Source: Schmidtea polychroa (taxonomy: Eukaryota). From it: 64,000 bases of DNA. The stretch's first letter is position 1; the number at the start of each line of letters is the position of its first letter. Made by a program: the position numbers and the translations under genes. The stretch is from the NCBI GenBank assembly GCA_044892525.1, contig CM097885.1:38752001-38816000 (forward strand), in the 5' to 3' direction. Below, in pieces: positions 13,206-24,200 of the stretch. The notes under the pieces are model-generated. The model worked only from the letters and a program-made list of their open reading frames with translations, was not told the DNA's origin and searched no databases.

Positions 13206-14843
13206 CAGTGTCTGTCAAACTGTGTGCCGTAAGAAAATTTCAGAACACGCAAAAATACCATATTTTTTACTGACAATTCTAAATAATAAGTTTTTATAAC
13301 CGTCATTTCAAATTCAAATAAATTTATAATAAAAAAATGTCTTCGATGATTTGTTTATATCGACTAAGAAATTTTTTATATTATTTACTTTAAAAATATT
13401 ATTAAAGTTTAGTTATTAAATCTTAATTGATAAATTATGCAACGTCTAGTCACACTTTTGCCAGCTTAATTGCAATTAAAACTAAACAAGTAAGTGATTT
13501 TTATGTTTAAATCATACAATCTCTAAATTTAAATTTTTGAAAATAGGTAGAATGAAAATGGAAAAGTATCTAACAAATTCAAAAACAACAGCACAATCAA
13601 ACTCGACTCGTAATATTCAAAAGAAAGATCGAGATACATTGAAGCCAAAATATGATGCATAATACATAAAATATGGGTTTATTTCATCTGATAATGATAG
13701 TTCTTTGCCGTTTTGCATGATATGCTTAAAATCATTATCAAATGAGTCGATAGTACCTAGCAAACTTCAGCGTCACTTACTTACTAACCATCAGCAATAC
13801 CAAAGGAATATTTCGAGAAAATGAGATTTCAACAACAAAATATATCAAAAAAATGAATAAAATTACTACTATTCCCGAACAGTCACAAATAACAAGCTAT
13901 AAAATCGCCCAGTTATTAGCTCAAAAGAAAAACCACATTCTGATGCTGAAGGAATCATAATGCTTGCTATGAAAATATGAATATTGTTAGTGAAGCAATT
14001 GAGAAAATCAAAAATATACCACTTTCAAGTAACAATTCAACAAAAATTGAAGACATGTACAAGGACATTGAATTTAAAGTTAAAACCCAGTTCACAAATA
14101 CAGCTGATGAATTAGAGAAAAGTTGGGCATTGGAAGTTGATGAAAACACTGATATAAGAAACTAGATAGTTTTCCTGGTGTCAATGCATCTCCTCAAAAA
14201 TCAAAAATCTTGCCGGAAATAAAGGAAACAATTCAAAATCTATCAGACTCATGGAAAAATATTTTCCTATACTTGATACAAAAGAAAATGAATGGGTATT
14301 CATTCCTTTCACCGATTTCAATGGATTTACTTTGGCTTGCTCTCAGCAAGAGTAATTGATTTGAAAAATGACTTAGTTTTGAAACGATCGTTTGGTGAGC
14401 TGGAATTGTCTGAATTTTTGGTTTTAGTTTTATGATCAGTATCCTGTATTAAGAAACAGTGCTATAAAGGATTTGGTTCATCATATCATTGTGAATCAGG
14501 ATTTCCTGTGTTACCAGAAATAAAATCAAAAAAGCGGTTAGGAAAACTTGATAAAGAAATGCGAGTTTGCCTCACAAATATTCAACCTCGTATAGAAAAA
14601 AATTGTGTTGAAAAGCAGGCCTACCCTTCTCATTAGATTTATGTTTTTAAAATAAATTTATGTGATATCTATAAAGCTATAAACATTAATAAAATTATTA
14701 ATAAACCGTTTAAATCAGGAAATTATTTGAGTTTGACTTTTCAGTGTAAAATACTAAAAACACTGATTTTTTAATATGCTGATCCGCGAAAAACCTTTTT
14801 TAAAAAAAGTGTGCCGCGTGAAGAAAAAGTTAGACAGACACTG
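13206..14843 (+). mobile_element. hAT (Buster/Charlie-type) element with internally deleted transposase
   Basis: TIRs cagtgtctgtcaaact / agttagacagacactg; TSD gtttatat / gtttagat (nnnTAnnn, 7 of 8). Relic YIKYGF..PFCMICLKSLSNESIVPSKLQRHLLTNH, IPLSSN, ALEVDENTDI, CESGF. Confidence 0.88.
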
Positions 14844-17800
14844 GTTTAGATGAATAAGTAGACAGTTATTGATTGGTAAAATAGTATAGAAATTTACTTT
14901 ACTAGGTCTTTTGCTGATAGCCATTCTATTTGACATAATGATTTACGGGTAAAAACTGATAGTTTCAACAAAGAAGATGTCATAGTTTTTTATAAAACAA
15001 AGTTGAAAATATGTTTGACTAATAATGTTTTTAAAAGCAAGAGTTAAGAACTTTAAAAAAACTTAGAAAATGTATTAGAAGGAGTATTAAAATCAAGGTT
15101 TCCCCTTAAACAAGTTAAGCTCCATCTTAAAAAAATATAACTGAAAATTTCCCGGCAATTCTTATTTCAAAAAAATCCTAAACTTAACAATAAGAAGAAT
15201 AAGAAAAAGAAACATGTCAAAACTGTTAAAAATTATCCTAATTTACCGTTTTTATTACATTGTTCAAAGCATTGAGCTAGAAAAATGACAATTTTGCATT
15301 CCTTTCTAAATTTTGTTGTGGATGATTTACTGAATATTATACTCAAAGTACTCAAAGGTAAGATTAAAATCAGTCAATCCAAAAAGCATTTATCGAATAA
15401 ACACAAGAAACCTTTTTTTGTCGTTAGTAAATAATAAAAATTGTAAACAAATGAGAAAAATTATATATAACAATTTTCAGGTTGTTAAAATTTAGATTTT
15501 TGCATTAGCACTTATATTTTTGTTTTTTGTGACCATGTTTACTCTTCCAGTCTTGCACGTGCTAAATTCTTTAATCCATTCTCTGAGCATTTCCAAAGTT
15601 TTCATGTAACCTCATTTCTGTCAAATTATCAGCTAACCAGACAGGTATAGTGGCAATGGTAGATAACATAAGAATTAAAAGAAACGGGAATTATATAATA
15701 AAAATCACTAAAACAACATAGAATATTCTATAAACCGCCCATATCCATCATGAATGCAAATTTAATTAAAAATAAATAAAACATATAAATTAGAAAATAA
15801 AATAAATAATAATTTACTGAAAATCGCCATCAAAATTGATAAAATTCAAATTCAAAATTAAGTATAATTCAAATAATTCAAATTTGTTTTAATGAATGAA
15901 TGCGCGCACACGTACTCACACACTAAAATTCGGGTATATATATATCAATATATATCAATGCATTTTCAGTCACAAATCAATTAAACTAAACTTAACTTAT
16001 GCCAACTTATGTTTCAAACTCTATGTCAGTTTTTGAAATTGAAGCAACTAATAAGTAGATTTATATATTTCTACTTTTCGTCTGATTAATGAATTGTTGG
16101 ATAGGTTTTGTCTTTTGATCTTTTTATTTCAAAAACCTAACTCACTTTCCGCAATGAATTATTAACATTATAATACATCTTTTCGGACCCACAACCAACT
16201 GCACTCACAAGTAAGCAAAATGAATTAATAACCAGAGGTGATGGTTGTACTGAACCATGTATACAAAACAGTTTTACCAACCGGATTATCCGGAACTTCT
16301 TGGTGATCGGTATTGTCTACTTGTGATGTTAAAATGAACAATTAAATCGACCGAAGCAACAAAGAACTTTTAGTTCGTACGTAGCTCCTAGGTCTCGACA
16401 TAACACTAAGAGTTCACCGTATCTGTGTTCAGTGGCCCGGTGCGATGGACAATTTTAGTAATTAACGTAATAGACTCATAGCGCATAACGACCACATACC
16501 TAAATCACATTTAAATACAAAGATTATAAGACACTAAGTCCTCGCTTCTCAGACGTATGTTAGGCTGAGAGAAACGAGCATTTCAACATTATTGACGCAA
16601 AATCATCACCATTTACAATGAAGATTAGAATTGCTTCAACATTACTGAAACAATTCTAAGGGCAGATCCCTGTAAAAGATTTTCAAATCATCAATTTTAA
16701 TTTCGATTTTGCCGACATATTTTCAGGAAATAAGGACGGAACTTTACTAAATTTTTATAAAGGCAGATTTTACCTTTGTAAATTTAAAAAATAAAGGAAT
16801 AAATTAAGGGCAGTTTTAAACTTCGAATTTAATGGAATGTACGAATAAAATAATGCAGATCCCTGTCCAAAGATCCTGAGGGTCAATTTTAACTTTGATT
16901 GTAAGGAAATAAATGAATACAAAAGGGGGAAGGTAGGCCCACAAGGTTTAATGAGTAGTTATTTTATGAAATAAATAATTCCGAACACGTAACTGAGTTG
17001 AAAGTAGTGTAGCAATGTAGGCTAAAGGTGATTTTCCCCTGAGTAGTACAACCCTGAGTATAGATTGTTGATAAAATAGTTAATACTTAACAATAATTAT
17101 TAGTCGTCTGATCGATAAATATGTAAGGAATAATGGGAATATTTAGGAGGTATGGTGTAGTATGCAGGAATTGAATTAATAATCATGGTAGCTCAAGCGT
17201 ATACATTAACCGAAGAGAGCAGAACCCTGTAAAATTTCACAAGCCATCAATCTTAACTTTCAATTTAAGTGTATATATTAATGAAAGCAGAGCAGATCAC
17301 CGATAAAATTTTCGAAAGCTAATTTTGACCGGAGTTGTGAGGGAATGGGCGGATGTGATAAGGAAGAATTCAGATTCAAAATTTGGATCAAATTACGACA
17401 TGAAGTATTGTGATTTGTTTGATAAATGCCGAGATCAAAATTGTTACATTTAGCTAAAGGACGACAAACAGAGGGTGATCTAAAAGAAAACCGGATATAG
17501 GCTTTCTAACGGAAGGATGAAAATGTATCTGATGAAATGTATCAGTATCATGCTTGATACTTTCACTCCTTGAAGAACTAAATTTGTGTCAGGGCATGTT
17601 TAAGGAAATGCTGTTGTATTGACTACTTTATTTCAACTTTCACTATGCTAAATTTTAAATTCAAAAAAGTATGAGGATGTCACTTTCCCATATTCAGGGG
17701 ATTTAGTGTACAACCATTCATATAGCAAACTTTATCTTTCAACTCTCTATACTTAAACTTTCTAATAATTATCATTATAACTGCCACATGTAACCATTTA

Positions 17801-18286
17801 TTAAATAGTTTTAAAAGGGGCTAATATGTAGTCGGTCTCCCTCTCTCGAGCCTCTGAATACGTGGATTATTCTTGTTTTTTAAATTTACAGATTTTTATT
17901 ATTATTATTTTTCAAAATTATTATAATTATTATTGATTTTTATTTTATTTTCTAATTAATAGTGAAAATTAAAAGTTATAAAATACAATAAAAAACTAGG
18001 AAAATAATTATGTCATATCTGAGTGAGAATTTTGTAAAAATCATGTCATTTTTGAAGATTAAAGTGAACATTTGACCTAGATGACCCAATAATATTCAAC
18101 AGAGGGTAAAGAGCATCATTAGAAAATTTTACTCTGATATATCGATTAAGTTGAGTGGATTATTTAACTGAAAAAAATGGAACAATTTTACGTTTTTTGG
18201 AAAATTTTCTTCATTGTCTGCATTTTTTTGCATTTTCAGAACTGTGAGTTTGTTTATTCTATCGAATATTTCTTTTAAATGATCAG

Positions 18287-21200
18287 GTTCTGTTCGCGTT
18301 AAGCGAATTATTGGCGGAGAATTGTACGTAACAACCAATCAGGATTTTCTCGTTGCTCTGATTGGAGAAAAAGGATATTCATGGGATTTCTTAAGGATAT
18401 GGGGTGATTATCATAAAAGCCATTGTACCGGTGCAGTCATTAGTGATGAATGGATAATTACAGCTGCCCATTGCTTTTCTGCTATTAGAGAGATTGATGA
18501 TGAAGGAAGTGGCAAAGATAATGAAAGTGCTATAGTGTCGGATGAAGAAGACACAGATTATGACTACTATGATGAAATGGTAACTGAAACAGTAAATAGA
18601 GCTCATTTAATAAAGAAAAAGTCATCGGGAGGTGCAATCAAAGAAATTATAGAGTAATTAAATGGTCATCAATTATTTAATTTTTGATGATTTAGTTTGT
18701 CCGACCCGACTTATTGGAAAGCCCGAATCGGAGTGAGGCAACTGGAGGTTATTGGTTTTACTTTTTCATTATATGTGTTACTTTTATTTTATGAAATTAG
18801 TTAATAATATTTTCAAAATTTCATTTAATAATGAGTCTGTGATCAACTTTTATCCATTTATGATGGTATAACTAACGACATCTAAAGATTGAGATGTTTC
18901 TATGAAGGTCAAATTATCAATGCAGCTGAGAGTAAAAGAACACCTAGATTTATTAGAATCTTGCCAATTTATTTTGGATAAATTATTAAAGTATCCAATT
19001 ATACTAATTAATACCACTTTCTGTATTTTATTATTTCCCCATTTCCCTTTGTCCATATATAAACTATAAATTAATATTTTTGTAATGCGTTTGGCCTCAG
19101 AAATAAGACAGGATACAAGTGTAATGAGTAAATACTGAGCTGTTTGTCAATTTATACAAATACTTATGTTGCTCTAATATTTTGATTCTTTGGTTATAGC
19201 ACAACTGTAGCATATCCTTCGTGTGCTAATTTAATTCATTATTAATTTGGCGATGAAAATAATGAATAATCTGAACCAAATCATTTCCGTAACCCCTATT
19301 TTCGAGTATGAGTTTTTTGAAGAGTAATGTTAACAGCTCAAGAATCCGACAAGATTATATATTCAGCCATTTTGAATATTTGTAATTTTATTAAATGTAC
19401 CCTAATGAATGTCCCCAATGTAATTTGGTGTATCCAACTGACAAGCGGTGTTAAAAAAAAATTAATTAAATATTTTAAAAAGTAAAAATTGACGTAAACA
19501 GGTAGGTACTAATGGGAAATAATACGAATACAAATACAATAATATAAAATCAATGGTTGGGTCTTCAGAATAGATATTTAAAATATATAAATTAATTAAA
19601 ATAAATAAATGATTTAGTAGCTATGTAAGAAATTTGAACAATGTGAAGAACCTGAGCGATAAATGAGAAAATAATAAGATTAATCCTTCCTCAAAAATCA
19701 ATAAAGAGAATAACTTTTTTAATATTAAATTAGTTGAACAGGCATAGAAGTGAGAGGTCGTCTGCCTAATTATCTTGTTTAAGGTAGGATATAGTTCATA
19801 TAATTATTTTGTTTACAATTAATGGTCAATTATCAGTTGATCGAAGAGAAATTTACATTCATTTAATAGGCAGATCAAAGTAAAAGTATTCTTGATAATA
19901 TAATTAGAAATTCTGGTGAAATGAAATAAAATATATTGTGTTGGGTTTTATTGTTTTAATTCAACTACAGAACCCGTGAAGTACCAACTTTATAGTAATA
20001 AATACCGTGTATACTCGTGTATAAGCCGAGAAATTTTGGGCAATTTTTTAAGCTAATTAGACTTATATACTTATTAGGCTATTATTATTACTAATTATAT
20101 ATTACTAATTATATTACTAATTAGTAGTGTGTATATATACCCAACCCAAACAGCCCTCCCAACAAAACCATACCTCCATTACGCTTAAACCATTAGAAAA
20201 ACAACATAAAACCTATGCTTTTATAGTATTTTAACCCCATATTTTAAACAACAACCACTCTTAATCTTTAAAGCCTCAAACTCAAAAGCTTCAAACTAAA
20301 AAGAGAATAGAAAAGAAAATGGCATTATGAAAAAGTTAGAGGGCTATTTGGGATAGGGCTATATACACACTACTTTTGATCGCAATCAAACTCCGGAGTT
20401 GATCTTTATCAGATTATTGATTTTAAATTATATAAATTAAAAAATAAATGAAAAATAGTAAAACTGCTCTGAGGGGACAGTGGTATTTTTTTTTTCACTG
20501 TCCCCTCAACAGTTTTTTTGATCCGGATAATTTCAACCTCTTTCGTTTATCAAATCTCTTCTAATATACAAGCTGGCCAGACTCATACACCAGAATCAAT
20601 CCGATAATAGCAGCACACCTTATTATTCGCTTCTCGCTCGAATACGATTTCATCGGCGTTTTAAGCGTGCTGCTCGAAAGTACAAATGAATTCGAAAGTG
20701 AATCCGAAAGAGGTCCGAAAACAACTGAGAAATAAATGTGCACATTAAAGAATCGATCCGGGGGTGTTCGAAAGACAGGTGGCGATAATTACCGGTTCGC
20801 CACCATCACCCGTTTCAATAATTTTTTTTTCATATTTATGTTTAAAAATTAATTAATTAATAAAAAAATAAAATAAATAAAATAAAATATACAACTACTT
20901 TATAAATCTAAGATACCCACACCATTTTCAATATTATTTTCAAATTTTTAATATTATTTTATGTTGAAAAAAAACTAACCGTAGTTAGGATTTGAACCGC
21001 TATCTATTTGAACCACTGTGCCAGTCTAGCCCACTGCGCTATCGGGCTTTGGATTTTTGTTATAAAAATCTAAAAATTATACTGTAACATTATGAAAATA
21101 AATATAAAAACATCATAAAAAATCAAAACAGGGTATCCAATAAAAAATTTTTTTCTAAAAATGAATTGTAATATTTGTAATAAAGTTTTTAAAAATAAAA

Positions 21201-24200
21201 CTGGATTGATTTCTCACTTAAAATCGAAAGCTCATTTATTAAAAGAAAATAATCTTAATGATACAAATTCAAAACTTTGTCCTAAATGTAAAGGAAGATT
21301 TCTACATTCTGGATATAATAAACATTTTGAAAATTGTATCGGGAAAAATAGAGAAATATTTACATGTTCTCACTGTAACTTTTCAACAAAAGTAAATTTC
21401 TATTATTTAGAACATATAAAAGAATGTAAAAATAAAAAACAAAATTCTGACGATGAGGAATGTCATTCAGAAGGAGAACCTGATCATGTTGAAAGAGAAA
21501 AATATAACTGGGATGATTTTAATCATGTAGATGAATTTCAATTAGAAATCAATGGACCTATAACTCCTGGAGAATATATAAATAAAAATAAAAAAAATAT
21601 TAAAAATTCTTTCACTGAAGCTTTAAAAAATTATAAACCGACAAGGTATAATGTTATAAAATATAAAATTATAATCAAAGCAAAATACTGGCGAGGAGCA
21701 GAAGAAAAGACAACACTTTTAGATGTTGAAATTGGAATACCCTTTAAATATTTATTTTCAACTAAAGGATTTGATAAAATCATCAAAGAAATAATTCAAG
21801 CAGTAGAACAAAACAAGAAGAGGTTGAAAATGAATTAGGAGATTCAAACTTAGTATTCAACTCTTTCCAAACTTTAGTGATTGATTATTGGAGAGGATTA
21901 CCACCTAATCCTAAATCTTATATTCCTACACCCTTTAAATCTAAAAATGTTATAAACATACAGGATAATGATAACAAATGTTTCGTCTGGTCAATACTTG
22001 CACATTTACACCCTCAAGAATCAAACCCTCAAAGAGTTTCAAAATACAAACAACATGAAAATGAATTAATATTTCCCAAAGGATTCAAACATCCAATGAA
22101 ACTAGAAGACATTCCAAAATTTGAAAGTTTAAATAATCTTAAAATTAATATTTATGAACGTGTTAAAGGGAAACATGTTAATAGCAGAGAAATTATTCCA
22201 ATTTATATTTCAGATTATGAAGTTAGAGATAATGAACCCCAGGATAACACTAGGGAGATATATCTTTTAATCTTGGAACAACAAAATAATCAACATTATG
22301 TTTTAATAAAAAACTTTCAAGCTTTTACATCACCAGAGAATCCAACTAGTGGAGGAGGAACATGTAAAAGATGTCTTCATTATTCAACAACTAAAAACTC
22401 TATGATTAAACATACAAGATTTTGTGAAAAAGATGATCCAGCTTTAATTAAAATGCCTAATAATCCCAAGATGTATTTTAAAAACTTTTCAAATTTACTA
22501 CAAACATTAGGAGTGCTTTATGGGGACTTTGAATCTATAAATCGTAAACAAGATTTGATTAAACAATATTTAAAAATAATAGAAAAAAATAAACTCATGG
22601 ATTCCTGGAACTCCTCATGAGAGAAGATGAAACCAGAGAGGATGAAAGCCTTTCTAAGAAAAAGGAATAAACCTAATAGTGTTAAAAAAACTAAACAATT
22701 ACCATCTGCTTATAAATTATTATTTAAAAGTAATTATCCTGAACTCATAGAATCTAGAGAATATACATTTCGAGGAATTTCAGAAACAGAAGTCTTGAAT
22801 CATTTTACTAAAAGTATAAATGATCTAGAACATGAAATATTTAAAGTATTAAAAACAAACTATCCTCAAAATATTTCTAATCAACAACAACAAGAATATG
22901 AAAACACTTCCAACTATTGGATGTGTAAACAACCATTTGAAGAGTCTCCGAATATAAAAGTCCTCGATCATGATCATTTAAAAAAGGAAAATAATTATCG
23001 AGGAGCAGCTCATAAAAATTGTAATCTTAATTGTCATACTCCTAAATTTGTACCTGTTATATTTCATAATCTTTTTGGTTATGACATACATCTATTTATT
23101 AAACATTTAGCAGCAAATGCTAAAAACTCTTTCAAAGTTATAGGACTTACAAAGGAAAAATATAAATCAGTTGAATATGGAAAATTAAAATTTATAGACT
23201 CGTTAAACTTTCTTCAAATGTCTCTAGATGGAATAGCTAAAACAATGAAACCAGAAGATTTTAAAATCACTCGAGAATTCTTGGAAAAAAATAATATTCC
23301 TCTAGAAGAATATCCTACATGTTTAGCAAAAGGAATATATCCTTATGACTATGTTGACTCGTTTGAAAGATATAATGAAACAAGTCTTCCTAGCCAAGAA
23401 GATTTCTATTCACAACTTCAAAAAAATCATATTACAAATCAAGAATATTCTCGAGCAAATAAAATGTGGGAATTATTCAAGTGTAAAACTTTAGGAGAAT
23501 ATACAAGTATGTATTTATCCTTGGATGTTTATATTCTAGCAGATTGCTTTGAAGAATTTACAAAATCTTTTGTTCTTAAACCTTACAATTATATAACAGC
23601 ACCCTCTTTAGCTTGGGATACTTTATTATATACCATTTGGACTTCAAATATAGAAGAAGCTGATAAAATTAAAGATCTTTTAACTAACCTCGATATGTTT
23701 AATCTAATTAAAACAAACATTAGAGGAAGAGTCTCTTCAGTAATGGGGAATAGAGAAATAAAAGCTAGAAATGCAATAACTACTAGCAGAATGCTTTCAA
23801 AGACCTCTGATCCATATATAAAAATTAACAATGAGGAATTAAAAGAAATATTAGAAACAATGAAAAATCCTATATTTATACTTTATATAGATGCAACAGC
23901 TTTATATTCAGGAATTATGACTCAATATTTACCAATGGGTGATTTCATTGAAATAGAATCATCAAAAGAACTTATAAAAGAAATACTTTCAACACCTAAA
24001 GAATCTCCAATAGGTTACTTTGTAGAATGTGACTTATTATATCCAGATGATATAAAATCAGGAACAAGATATTTCCCATTAGCTCCTGTAAGAAGAAAGA
24101 TTGATATCAACGAACTTTCTGAATGGCAAATCTCACAAGATAAACCCCCAACAATGAAACTTCTTTGTGATCAAACAGATCGAAGATTTTATCTTTGTCA

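Noticed and set aside
16095..16641. Solo LTR (TGTTG...CAACA)
   Set aside because: No matching target-site duplication, PBS or PPT found.
16660..17340. CRISPR-like array
   Set aside because: Repeats are degenerate and irregularly spaced, the context is eukaryotic, and there are no cas genes.
20561..20743. 60-aa ORFs in both TIRs (also 34462..34644)
   Set aside because: GTG start, no motif, and duplicated only because they lie in the TIR.
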